Positions 1-12,464 of a DNA stretch of 64,000 nt are shown here, piece by piece. The notes under the pieces are model-generated. The model searched no databases and was not told the DNA's origin. It saw nothing but the letters and a program-made list of their open reading frames with translations. The translations under genes were made by a program, and so were the position numbers. The stretch comes from Cycas panzhihuaensis. Its lineage: Eukaryota > Plantae > Cycadophyta. The stretch spans positions 199,709,741-199,773,740 of the forward strand of contig CM041465.1 of NCBI GenBank assembly GCA_023213395.1. Direction: 5' to 3'. Position 1 is the stretch's first letter. Every line of letters starts with the position of its first letter.

Positions 1-1439
1 TTTTCCAAAGTAAAATACTCTTATTTTTTTACTAAATTCCTCCAACATCCATATCACATCCTTTAGCTTAAAGCCAGTTATCATAATGAGTTTTAAAAGA
101 CTAACAAATTTTACTAAGTAATTTAATTTGTTTATATAAAAAAAAACAAATAAACTCTCTATTGTCTTTTATTATAAAGAAATATATTATAGATGCTTGA
201 CATATATAAAAGTTTATAAAGAATTTTAGATAATTTAATAAGGAGATATAAATTATGCAATTTTCTTTCTAGTATTATAAGATTTATAGATGATTAAAAT
301 ATGTAATACATATTAGAAATTAATACTTTTAAGATTATCAACAGGTAATCAACTCACCAATTTTGTTTGTTTTCACTATCTAAATGCATAAATGATCTTG
401 TGTAATCTTAATAGAATTGTAATAAATTCCCCAAGTTTATTGCTCTTTACGATAAATGATTAGTTTCGAACTCAAACAATAAGATTTAAAGAACAAAATC
501 TTACTAGTAATTTACAAGGTTAAATTCCTTTTTAAACCTATTAAACATTTTAGCTTTTGAATAAATTTGTAAACCTAACATTGTATGAATCAATAATTCA
601 TAAGAAGGTGAAATACTCTTTACAAATTAACTCAACACATTTGTGTTTCTAGTTTTTAAGCTCTGCAAGGCATGCAATAGAGAATAGGCTAAAAAAATAG
701 TAAGAATCAACTTGAATAATTATCATTTTAAACTTTTGTTATTAAAGAAAGTAGGATTTTATACAAGAATATCTTAAATAACCAAGAGAGTGTTTTAGAG
801 GTTGAGCCAGACTTGACCTCGAGAATTTTCAATGTCAAAAAATTAAAAATGGTTGTTATACAAATATAAAATGCTACTACATAACCTTATAGGGCCATAA
901 CTCTATTGAAAGTTCAAATTAACCTATAATTTCAAAAGTAACACCATAGCATTATTTTAGGCTAATTTGTTATTAGTAGCTCTTAGGATAGTTGTATAGT
1001 GTTTTGATCAAAATTTCACAATTTATAGCTATTTTTAAAATTTGTACCATGATTTACAAACCATAGCTTAAAATTAGTTAACAATTAATGAGGAAATGCA
1101 TTTTAATATTTTACACCTCACTCTTTTTTGTCAAATTGTTAGTTCTTAATAAATTTTGAAAAAAGAAAAAATTAACTAAAAATTTTAATATTATCTAATT
1201 TCCCTATCAAAAACACATTGTAATTCCCTTATAGTTGCTTGGATCAACCTCATATGTTTTCTTTTGGGCTAAAATTAGCATTGTAAAGCTTCTCTTCCTT
1301 TAGGTAAAAGGGTAAATTCTATACAATGTTTTACTTTTCATAAAAAGTTTGCATTGTAAAGGGAATAAAAGAGATTTAAAAAGATGAGACACACATGGTT
1401 TGGTTAATTTAATCAAAGGGACTTAATTAATAAAGAAAT

Positions 1440-3340
1440 AAACTTAGCAAGTTATCATCCACATAGGAAAGATCTAAATAGAACTTATCAAAACTATTCA
1501 TAGTTTGCACATTTAAATTTGTAGTTATAAGGAGAATAACAAATAAGGAGCATAATGAAGTACTTATAAATATTTAAGAAAATTTAGGATAAAGTAAGCT
1601 AGAGAAAACCATAATGATTATAGTAATAGTAGAAGAGCCTAGTTACAACATTCATTAAGAAAACATTCAGAGAAGAGAACTAGGAATCAAAGTAACAAGG
1701 AGAGATATAGTAGCGAGACCATAGTTTTAGTAGGACTAAATCGTCAAAACTCCACAACGAAAAGAGGCCAAGAAATAAATGCACTAAGATTTGAATGTTT
1801 TAAATTGAATTATGAAGAGATAAAGGATTGGACTTTAATCGTGAAAATAAGTGTGAGAATACAACTAAAGTGGGGCTAGTAAACACTGAAAAAAATTTCA
1901 AGCTTCATAATTTCACCTTCAACAAAAAAACGAGGATAATAGTAGATAACCTTACTAAAAGTGCATCTTTGTAATAGGAACAACATAAGAAAGTAAAAGA
2001 TACTAAAAAGAAATAATTTCATTAGAATGAGTTCACCCAATACTTTAAATAGAAATACCTTTTTAAACTCTATTTCCAAAAAAAAACACAAACCTTTCAT
2101 GAATTGAAATAAAATAAAAAAAAAGAACTGAAAAATATAAAAAATAATTTATAAGCCTTTTGAAATATACTCCTTAGATTTGTATGGAAAAAATGAAAGT
2201 TTGACAAATTTATTAGTAGATCGAATAAAGATATCCAAGGGAACAACATAATAGTATAAACAACAACACTTTAAAAAGTAATATAAGAAATGCTAGATAT
2301 TACGAGGATCAATAGGTAGAGCAATGGGGTAATAACTTTTAAGTGAAAGAATATGATCAAAGAGATGCTGGAGAAATGAAAGAAATGATTCAAAACATTT
2401 CCTCCTTGATAAGGTACGAAGGACATAAACCAATCTCAAAACATACGAAGACCCAACCAATAGCATAAAAACTCTTTTAAAGATGTTAACACATATTATT
2501 TGTTTTCATTTTGGAGAAATAGGGCATTACTCTTATAAGTGTCTTAAGAAGCAAATCATGGGAGAAAATCCTTTCAACATTGAAGCATTACCATTGAAAA
2601 AAGATGTTGTAAAATAAGATGAAAGAATACAAGTATATGTTCCGATAGATAGAAGGTAAGCAAATCACCAATCTATTATGGTGCAAGGACAAGGTAAAAT
2701 TTTTAACCAAACTACTTTTATATTAATTAATTTTAGAAGTAGTCACAATTTTCTATCCCCAAGAATAGTGAAAAAGAACAAATTAATAAATATGATGATG
2801 TATACAATGTCCACATGAAAATAAGAAAAAAGAAGAGTAATATAATTTATCCCAAATTATAAATTTGAGTGAAAAGAATGGACTAGCCACCCTCCCTTTC
2901 AACTTTTATCACTTAGATGCAATAATTTGTCTCAAGTGGTTGAAAGAACATCAAGAAAAAATCAATTACCATAATAAAGTTGTGAATTGTCTTGATGATA
3001 AAAACCATCCCAAACATATTCAAGAATGGAAAATACTATTTTTTATTAAACAAATCCTAGCCATACAGGTCAAGAAAAGCTTACAAAAGGACTGTCAAGT
3101 TTATATACCCTATATTAGCAATCTTAGAATTATCTCCTATTACAAGAATTATCTAATGTATTTTTAAAAAAATTCCCAAGCTTATCAACTATAAGAGAAG
3201 TAGACTATCTAATGGAACCAATCCTAGGATTATAACCTATTTTCAAAGCCACATCTCATATATTCATACCTAAATTATTAGAATTGAAAATGCAATTATA
3301 AGAATTGCTAGAGAAGAAATTCATATGACTTAGTATGTCT
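1440..3340 (+). mobile_element. Decayed Ty3/gypsy retrotransposon fragment (gag, zinc knuckle, protease, start of RT), truncated at ~3340
   Basis: Gag-like 'VNTEKNFKLHNF..KKTRIIVDNLTKSASL' at ~1880-1970. Degenerate CCHC knuckle C-F-H-F-G-E-I-G-H-Y-S-Y-K-C at 2501-2542. Protease-like ILINFRSSHNFLSP at ~2720-2760. Pre-RT 'REVDYLMEPI..LLELKMQL*ELLEKKFI*LSMS' ending at 3340. Many stops; left boundary approximate. Confidence 0.85.
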
Positions 3341-3702
3341 GTTTCCAGCTTTTAAGCCCCCAAAGTAATTCAGTATTGATTTCTAACTCTTGTTTGCTTT
3401 GAAAAATGTAGGATGGTTGTGATGTAATCAGCTTCCACTTGTTCTCTTATAGTCCAAAAAGCCTATGATTGGAAATAAATACAAAATTGTGCAATGTCCT
3501 GCATGCATACTTCTTAGTAGGTCATGGGAATCTCCTCTCCCCTTTGAATTTGTGTCCACATGGAATGTTGACTTGCTCCAGTCATAACACAATCAACCAC
3601 ATGCCTTGAATTGAGAGCAACAACGCACACAAGAGGTGATCTCACAATTGGAGCAATATATTTTACAGTTGCAAGAGATCTTAAGGTGCACAAAGATCCA
3701 CC

Positions 3703-3966
3703 AAAGCACATTCTACACAGACCAAGACTTCTCCACAAAGGCTCAACCCTTGGGAAACATTTGAAAATGACTCAGGAATAATAGGTTTTGCCCTTTCAAA
3801 AATTTGATCAACACCATAATCCAATTAACAAAAAGCACATTCTACACAGACTAAGACTTCTCCACAAAGGCTCAACCCTTGGGAAACATTTGAAAATGAC
3901 TCAGGAATGATAGGTTTTGCCCTTTAAAAAACTTGATTAACACCATAATCCAATTAACAAAAAGCA
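3703..3966. repeat. Tandem duplication, 129-bp unit x2
   Basis: aaagcacattctacacag...ccaattaacaa starts at 3703 and 3832, with a few substitutions; a third aaagca starts at 3961. Confidence 0.95.
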
Positions 3967-4798
3967 GGGCCTGGAACCGATGGCTAGAATGTTTGTCAAA
4001 GATTCAATTCTTGAAGAAAGTAATGGTTGACATGGCTGTGAAGGATATACATAAAGAAAATTCTCATATAATTGGGAACATATTTCAATAAGCAAAGTCC
4101 TTAACATTTCACTCCAGCACCTCACCTGCATGCATACTTCTTAGTAGATTACAATTCCACAACTACTTAACATTTATCATTCATTGTTCCCATAAATAAG
4201 GCTCAAAATTCTGCACAATCCCTAATACACCCACTGAATTCCACTCACCTCTGATTAGAGGGCCACATACTAATGACCAATGTAGCACTACTGCCATGTT
4301 CATGATCCCAATATATCTCATGCCTTACAATTTATCGTGATTCTGCATTGCTCAATGGGCCGTTTTGATAATTATATGTTTTGGTATCTAACATGCCATT
4401 CTAGACGGCTGGACATAGTAGCATTTTTGGATGTGTATGAGATATCTTCCTTATTTATGTATACACAGTACAAATTTCGGATGGAGTTATCAAAACAAAA
4501 ACAAAAGGCAAAGCAAATGACGATTTACCATCTCATTTTCATAACTGAGGAGCAACACAACTATTAAATTGACCACGATTTAAGGCCAGTATGCATATAC
4601 AGTAGTTCTCCCTTTGATGAGTACTTTTCAAAATGATATGTTACGTTGCATCAAAAAACATTTTTTACTTTATTGAATTAGTACTTATTACTGTCTTGTC
4701 AATAAGCATGCTTCAATAAATGCAGTGCTATAAACAAAACACTCAAGAGCAAATGATCATTAACCATCTCAGTCAGAATTTGCAACACCTCTACTCAC

Positions 4799-4887
4799 CT
4801 TAACATGTAGTCTTGCAACTCAGAAACCTTCAATCCATTTTCTTATATTCAGACTACCTTAGAAAGATCCATCACTCTCTCTAACAA
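4799..4887 (-). other. Putative non-coding (3' UTR or lncRNA) exon
   Basis: Minus-strand acceptor tttttgcttttttcag| and donor AAG|GTGAGT flank 89 nt that contain stops in all three frames. Confidence 0.5.
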
Positions 4888-5523
4888 CTGAAAAAAGCAA
4901 AAATGCTTCACCTTCATGGAATTCCATAGTAATACAGAGGCCAACATCTTTACATTTAACAGATGAACCCTATTCAATTTAAATTTAGTTAAGAAAAATG
5001 ATCAAGTAAATGTATCACATATTCTAAGCATTTTCTAGCAACAAACATGACTGAATCAGTAACAGGTCCAAACAAGAAAGAAAGCATGTATGCACAGCAA
5101 TGTTCAGTGAACAATGTTACTAATCTAAATATATGTGCTGTTGGAATTTTAGTGAGGTAAGCCTAATACCTTATCAAAAGACGACATTCCCTATAAAACA
5201 ACTCCAGGGGTCTGAAGCGTCTTGCACTTCACTTAGTCTACAAATTGTTTTCACTCGTCCTCTGTGTTTGAGCTGTGCCACAAACCCCTTTAGACAACAC
5301 TTGTATTACCTCGAGAACCAAAGCAATTTCCCCCTTACCCAATTCAAGAAATTTGCAATACACCTTTCCATGGGGAATTGTTGGGGCAATATTCATCAAA
5401 TATTTTGCAAAAATATACTCACCAATCAGTAGAATTACTATGAAATGTTGACCTAAACAGTCAAGTCTTAATAGCAATAATTTCACCAAAATTGGTTATC
5501 TATGATGAATATGGTAATGATTT

Positions 5524-5642
5524 TACTAGAACAGCTACCCATAATACATACCCAAATCAGCGACAGTGAAATCTTGACTATACTACTAGAACAGCTACCC
5601 ATAATACATACCCAATCAGCTACAATGAAATATTGACTCTAC
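5524..5642. repeat. Tandem duplication, ~60-bp unit x2
   Basis: tactagaacagctacccataatacataccc at 5524 and 5584. Confidence 0.92.
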
Positions 5643-6322
5643 TAATCTAGGTGATAAAGTGCCCAGTCCCCCATACAGGTCCATTTTTCAGTAGGATTAG
5701 GCACTATACACACTCCATGGGAATGGAACTAGTGCACTTAAAGATGCAGTCTAATGGCGCAACTCAGCCTGAAGGTGGTATTTAGCTCCTAGCCCAAACT
5801 TACAGAAAATGCGTGATTCCTATAATTTCCCTGCATCTATTTATCACCAAAAAATGTGCAAGCAACAGGTAAAAGCGGCATAATTACACACCAGCAGCAA
5901 TAAGGTACATAAACTACATAAAACAAAATAAAATGCAATCAATAAACCAGCTCTGGATAGATTACAATATGTAAAGCCAATCCATCACTGCAGGACAGAA
6001 CGACAATCAAACAAGCTCTCTGTTAAAAAAGCGATCTCCTTACGGACTTAATTGTGTATAGGTTTATCTTCCGATAAACCAAGTTACATCTTGAAGGACA
6101 TCAAGCATTGCAAGTATGTGCTTTCCTTATTTACAATCCTAAAGCAATTCCGTGCACATGCAAAGGTTTATCTTTTAATAAACCTCAATACAGAAGGATT
6201 CGGTAATAAACAAGCCCCAGTGAGAGGCATTTGTCCACGTTTCTTTACAAAATCATTTCTACGAACGCATCCCACCCTGGCCAAATATGATCCATCCTTC
6301 CCAGATGATGCCACTGCAAAAT

Positions 6323-6458
6323 CTAGTGAGGATCTCTGCCTTTGTCTTTCACTTCAGGAGAGATTTCCTCAGGCTCTTTGTCCATACACTCATAATCAAC
6401 TCCCTCCACTAGATAAGGTCGAATTTCTGGTAGAATAGAATATAGTTTCACATCGTCC
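6323..6458 (-). CDS. Coding exon 3 (last) of a 146-aa uncharacterised plant protein
   Basis: Acceptor ccttttcttttttgatgcag|. Phase matches exon 2 (AG+G=Arg). Reads DDVKLYSILPEIRPYLVEGVDYECMDKEPEEISPEVKDKGRDPH-TAG. Confidence 0.75.
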
Positions 6459-7241
6459 CTGCATCAAAAAAGAAAAGGGTAAAACAAGTATTCACCCATC
6501 TGCTGCTGTCATCATGCCATGCGTATACCAACGCATGGAGAGAGAACAGTTAAATCCTATCCCTATCCCCAACAAGTACCTCCAAGTGCTACATTACTTT
6601 CAGATTCAATCAGGATTGTTCATTATTGCAGTGAGTATCTGCTATTTTACGCTGAAAAACAAATATCTGTATACAATGTGAAAGATGAGAAACTGCGTTC
6701 AACTCATTGTGGAAAACAAGTAAAATCCTATTGCTACCTCTAACGTGCATCTCCAAGGGCTAGACGACTTTCAGGCTCGACCAGGGCTATGCCAGTCAAA
6801 ACCCTAGATGTAAAAAATGTGCAAAATGTACAGAATAGGCATGAACTATATGCCATTTTACGTCCAAAAAAGGAAATTACTCATCGTGTACTAAGTACGA
6901 TGGACGCACTCTTTAAATCCGGCCTCACAGAGAGGTATTCTGAAAACCTAACAATGCTTGCTGCAATTCTTCAGAATCATGATCCCCCGCAATGCTTGCA
7001 GGCGAACCTTACAAATGCAGATCAAGCAACGTTGAAATTACAGGAGAGGCAGATCATTTTCACCGACTCGACCAAGGCTCGAGTCACGGGGAAAGCACTC
7101 AACGAAGAAGGGGGCAAGAACTCGTCCCATCCATCCAAACACAGGATTTCGCAGACTCAATAAAATTCTCAGAAAACAAAACAAAAATAGAATAAAATAT
7201 ACCTCAGAAAAATTCAATCCTTCAGAATATTGACCGATTAC

Positions 7242-7369
7242 CTGTATTGTTCTTCCTGCTGCTGAGATGTGGTCGGATAAAAATGAGGACCTTCATCATA
7301 ACCTTCACAAACTACTTCCCCATACTCATTTCTGTAGCAGACAATTCCTCTGGCATTGTCTTCAAAAAC
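7242..7369 (-). CDS. Coding exon 2 of uncharacterised plant protein (C-x9-C-EGYDEGP motif)
   Basis: Acceptor gatgcag|GTT, donor AG|GTAATC. Reads VFEDNARGIVCYRNEYGEVVCEGYDEGPHFYPTTSQQQEEQY, a motif I recognise from uncharacterised land-plant proteins. Confidence 0.88.
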
Positions 7370-7384
7370 CTGCATCCCCACTCA

Positions 7385-7480
7385 AAAACCCCGAACAATC
7401 CATCAATTATCCTCGCCAAAAGAATTTTAATTAAAACTCCGAATAATCCATCAATTATCCTCACCAAGAAAATTAAAATT
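7385..7480. repeat. 48-bp tandem duplication in intron 1
   Basis: aaaac(c/t)ccgaa(c/t)aatccatcaattatcctc(g/a)ccaa at 7385 and 7433. It explains the repeated peptides in the spurious unspliced ORFs. Confidence 0.92.
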
Positions 7481-7515
7481 AAAATACCATACCACGGACC
7501 CGAATTATACCCCAC

Positions 7516-7692
7516 CTTGACGGGCTCATACTTCTTGGCACATAAAGTCGTTACTCCCCTGCCATTATTTCTGGCCACTGGCACTCTCTCTGCCGAATCA
7601 AAACGCACGGAAATACACGAACGCGCAGAACTACCACCACCGAGAGGGCGGTCGGTGCCACCCTGTACAATCCATCTCAAACACATGGCCAT
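7516..7692 (-). CDS. Coding exon 1 of uncharacterised plant protein; possible organellar transit peptide
   Basis: gtcATGGCC start context. 59 codons, MAMCLRWIVQGG...CAKKYEPVK, Arg/Ser/Gly-rich. Donor AAG|GTGGGG; a 146-nt intron joins exon 2 in phase 0. Confidence 0.82.
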
Positions 7693-7794
7693 GACTCTGT
7701 TAACGGGAAACCGAATCAGAACACGAAAATCTTCACCCAATGAATTCCCAAATACTTCCTAATCCAAACAAATCCATTTCAGACAGTGGCAGTA

Positions 7795-7960
7795 ATTTAT
7801 AAATATCTTGACGGACTACACCGACCTACCGATACCCGCCAACGATTAGGGCCATAGACCAAGCGCTGGTACTGATGATCCTCCCTTGAAGGGCCATTCA
7901 CCTACCTTCGAGTGACCTCCAAGCACTGGGACCGCCAACGGAAGCCGGTACACGTGCGAC
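7795..7960 (-). promoter_or_regulatory. Proximal promoter: TATA box, DRE/CRT core, TGACG, G-box, evening-element-like site
   Basis: TATAAAT on minus strand at 7795-7801, ~100 nt upstream of the ATG. AAATATCT 7801-7808, TGACG 7809-7813, ACCGAC 7820-7825, CACGTG 7951-7956. The region retains CpGs, unlike the flanks. Confidence 0.6.
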
Positions 7961-9899
7961 CAACGCTCATTGATATTTTGGGCCATTGGAAAAGTTTATG
8001 TGGAACTGTGTGCGGGTGTCCTACTCCATTAAATATTCAGTTGATTTCTACAGGAGCTGCTGACTTCACTTATTGATTTCCAATGTGCGTGGCAACCGGG
8101 CTGGCCGCCAATGAGGGTTCCCCGAGAACGAGACCCTGGGTCTCTCTCCCTCTTTTTTTTATTTTTATTTTTTTAATAATATTTATTTATTTATTTATTT
8201 TATTTGAAGGGAGGCCGAATACTTGCATTCCGTGGACCATGTGCGAGTTGATGTTTAGAGAGCGTTTTCATGTATAAAAATTCAGTGTGGTGATGGAGAT
8301 AGGTTTTGTTGATAGTTTCCATACGCATGCATGACTTGTAGTAGTTGCCTTTGCTTTTTTCACCACAATCAAGGGATATGGTTAAAAATATATGCATCTT
8401 TTAGCAAGTGGGTGTTGTTGGATTCATTGGAGATTGGGCAGATTCATGGGAGGTTGCACAGATTTATTAGAAACCAACTCTTAAGAGTTCCAAGCAATTG
8501 TTAGAGATCCACAATTGTGTCATTATTGAGTGTTTCAGACGGAGAGGGTGATATTCTATGCAATAATAGGGAAAAATATGCCTCTCTTTCTTTGTGTGAA
8601 TGGATATGTTAGATAACAAGGTGCCATGAACTTGTGTCCTCAATGCAAGTATTCTAAAAATATTATACAGAAGGATATATTATTTAATGAGACGCAAGGA
8701 ATTTGTGGCCTTTGTTTGAGTGTTTTCCTCTTTTCAAGTATAGTGAAAATCTATTTAATATTATAGATGGAAGCAAAACGTCCTCATCTTTGATGTAGAT
8801 CGATTTCTTGCTCGATATAAAATAATGGGTATAGATCCTCAACACTCTGATTCCCCCATTGTGATAAGGATGCATTATGACCACTCATAACTTGTTTAAG
8901 CACAAAATTCATGAGGGATGGAACTATCAACGAGTTGCTTTACCATTGTTGACTACACCGTGATTGTCTCTTTTCAAGTGCCATATGGCCATATATGAGC
9001 ACGATGCCATCATGCATGGCAAAATCATATATCTTTATCCTTGCTCTTGATAAATACTAATATTCACCTAATTGTCATAGCATTGACAAGCTTTAATCAT
9101 ATGATACTACTTTTGTTTTCTAGACTTCTTATAATATCTTTTTTGTTGCAACTGACTAAGTTCACTATGAGATCTTCACTTTTATCAACATGACAAAGTG
9201 GTTACTCCTTACCACCTAGTCTAAACTTAAGGAGCATATTATATGCATGGCAAGTAGGCTTTATGTATATATTAGCCTAAGAAATTAAGTTGATCAACTA
9301 AAATGAGTAGTCCTGCATACACCTATCTTCCATCCTCCCTATGTGAGGTTTATTTAGTATTAACATGCATTAACTAAATATTAACAACTTTGAACTCACA
9401 TACATGTTCAATTCGAATAGATTCAAATTAAATGGATAAATAATTTATTATACTACAAGGTATTTGATTTTAAACCTATGGTAATTGATACAACTTGCCT
9501 TAGACCAACATGACATAAACAAAAATTTATAACCATGACTTGTAAATGTAATTATATAATGGAAACAAAAATCTATGCATAGATATAAATGTGTCAACAT
9601 CTTATTGTCTCATCCCTTCGAAATTATTCATGATATGTTATCTAGCATGGCTTAAAGTAAGTCTACACAAGCTAAGTATGTCACATAAAATTTGACTTTA
9701 TATTTTATTAAGCCTAATCTTTAGCCACAAGTCCAAAACTTTAGGAAAACCAAAACTATATCACATGTAGATTTATAAATCCTAAAACATTATCCATAAG
9801 TATATTAGGTTCAACAAGCATATTGCAATGATTTGTATTTCGTTTTTTTCTCTATTCAAGTTATAACATCAAAACACATTTCCTACCATTTGGAAATCC

Positions 9900-11100
9900 A
9901 ACATCCATCAACTATATAGGCAAGTCAAGTATGCATCTCCTTCCTTTGTTTGGTTTAATTTCTAGTTTTATGTATATGCTACTTTTGCGTGCTTGTAATT
10001 TGGTGATTGATATGTGTGTTTCAGTCAATGATGATTCTAGCTTTGGTTAGTGGCATTCTATTATTTGTCCACCCAAGTCTCACATGTAAAGAGCACCCCC
10101 CATTTTTAGTACCTCTAAGAGATCTTCTAAGGGTTTCTTTATGACTATTGTTCACCTTTGTCATTGCTTGCCAATTTGATTTTGGCCTTGTTTTTTATTT
10201 TTTAGAGTCATATGTTTTACCTTATTGTATTTTTTGTACTGTATTCTAATTTTCAAAATGTGACACTTTTGCACTGTTATAAAGATACAATGGTGCAAAA
10301 GCACCCCATTGTGAATTTTCATGATGATTTAGTTATTCCTCATTGCGTTTTTACATTGGTGTTGTCCTGTACCATTGTAAAATCATAATGGGTGAGACTG
10401 CACCATACTAAAAATACAATAGTACACATCCACATCATTGCAAAATTGTCAGCAATATCCCTCTCAAAAAATCGCACACTTTTGCTCTTCCAACTATTAG
10501 AATTTATGACTCCTTGTAATGAGAAGTACCTAGAGTTAATATTGCAAGTTCTTTCCCTATGGTTAGTCCCCAAAACCCATCTACTAATCCATGGTTTTGT
10601 ATCAAAACTTTGACCCATTTGCATTAGATATTGCATCTATTCCAAATCCATGACCATGAGTCCATGGGTTTTACTGATGGTTTTGTTGAAACTATGGATC
10701 CCAAATCCACCAAAGGAACCCCTTGGTGAGTCTCTTTATACTCCTCACTTCTCATGAGAAATGGAAGAAAATGTTTTGTGATGAAATGCTATCAGATTTC
10801 TTTTAAAAAGCATTCTTCTACTTTATTGTTGATTGCGAACTTACAAGCCATCTCACTTTTCAGCCACTTGAGTAATTTGTTATTGTTATTACTTGATTTC
10901 CTCCTCAGTTATTTTTTGTATCATCTTCCTAATTCTAGAGTTGCTTAAGGAGATTTTTGGAGGAGATTATTCGTATTGTAGGGCCTTTGGATGGTGGTAA
11001 GTCCACTATTTCTGAGACTCACCTTATATTTCTTATTATCTTTTTACATATGTCTTAGTGTATTTAAATATTGCTTCTAGATTTTATTATACTTTTCTTT
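9900..11100. mobile_element. Probable decayed gypsy-type leader/non-coding segment
   Basis: Blocks such as gtaccattgtaaa...tactaaaaa and tccatgg...atggtttt recur in the same order at ~33840-34040, next to a minus-strand gypsy gag. Boundaries approximate. Confidence 0.4.
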
Positions 11101-11172
11101 ATACATATATATGCTTGCATTTTAGAATTTACCTGGTAAGTGGTGGAGGCATACAAAGACTTTTGACTTATT

Positions 11173-11284
11173 GGTAATGGGAGTATCAAGCTAGATGTTT
11201 TTCTTTCCCTCCTCTATCCCCTCTTGTAGGTAATGGGAGTATCAAGCTAGGAGTTTCTCTTTCCCTCCTCCATCCTCTCTTTTA
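11173..11284. repeat. 56-bp tandem duplication
   Basis: ggtaatgggagtatcaagctag...tttccctcctc at 11173 and 11229. Confidence 0.9.
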
Positions 11285-11520
11285 GCAATGGAATGTGTTG
11301 ATAGGACAAGGGAAACTTTGCCAAAAATTCTCCATACAAATTAATATTATTTCAAGTATGTTTTGAATTAATTTTCTTGTTATTTTAAGGTTTTCAATAA
11401 ATATTTTTTTAGCATAGCATAATTTAACAAGATAGATGTTAATGGATTTTATAGAGTTGTATTCCATTATAAGTATCTCACTCTCTTATCATCGGAAAGT
11501 GCTTATAGGGTAGGGGAGAC

Positions 11521-12464
11521 TGTCGAAATTTTTTCATAAAGGTCCAAAAGGTATTACCTTTTAATATATATATTTTTTCATCATAGTGCAATCTGGTAAG
11601 TAAAAATCTTATTGGATTTTATATATATTCCTTTCCATACTACATATGCTCTTTTATGTGGTGTTTTGCTCACATTTGGCAATCAAGTACATGTGGTGCC
11701 AAGGATAAGGGGAAGGAAAACAAGAAGTCAAATTTTAGGAGAACATCTCATGTGCTCTACCTTTTTCGCTTTTTTTCTTTTCTCTCCATCTTTTAAAAAA
11801 TAATTAAAAAAGGTGGGATAGTGGGTTGCTTTCTTTTATTTTCTCACTTTGTGAAAGAGAAAGACCAAAGAACTTCAATTTAATTTAAGGCAATAAAAAG
11901 AAGAAGGGCTTTCTTTCTCTTACCCTATCCTTGAAAAAGAAAGAGTGAAAGGATTATCTCTTTTTTTTATTATTTATTTTTATTTCAAAAAAAAAGAAAG
12001 CAAAAGCAAAAATTTTCTTTTGATTTATTTATGCGTGCATGCCACTCATTGGATGCTTTTACTTATCTCCTTGTATATAATATTAAATAAAAAACCAAAA
12101 GGAAAAAAGGATAAAATAAAGGTCTATTACATTACATTGTTGTACTTGATTAGAGAGACCAAGAAGGGTGGATGATTAACATTTGTTGTGAGTCCTTATA
12201 ACCATGAGGTCTTAGATTTATACTTAGTTTAGGTTTGGGTGTTGTTTGCATGCAAACTAAAGGAGTATATAATTGCATCATGAGTGTATGTTATATGCAT
12301 CTTAGCCATCCTTGACCTAGGTTCTTCCTTTCTTCCTACATTATCTCCAAGTATACAGTGTTTGTAAATGATAGCGGTCTCTCCCTTCTCTAACATGGAT
12401 CCTTCTAGCCCTACATCCTTCATTAAATCATATGAGTGATCAATCCCCCCTACCCCCGGTAACA
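11521..12464 (+). mobile_element. Possible 3' LTR preceded by a polypurine tract
   Basis: aggggtaggggagac immediately precedes TGT at 11521; candidate end ...ggtaACA at 12464. No partner LTR in the window. Confidence 0.35.

Noticed and set aside
6052-7195. Plus-strand ORFs of 67-128 aa
   Set aside because: They lie antisense to intron 2, exon 3 and the UTR, and have no recognisable motifs.
7247-7762. 171-aa plus ORF and unspliced 142-aa minus ORF
   Set aside because: One is an antisense shadow and the other an intron read-through of the spliced gene; the repeated peptides come from the 48-bp intronic duplication.
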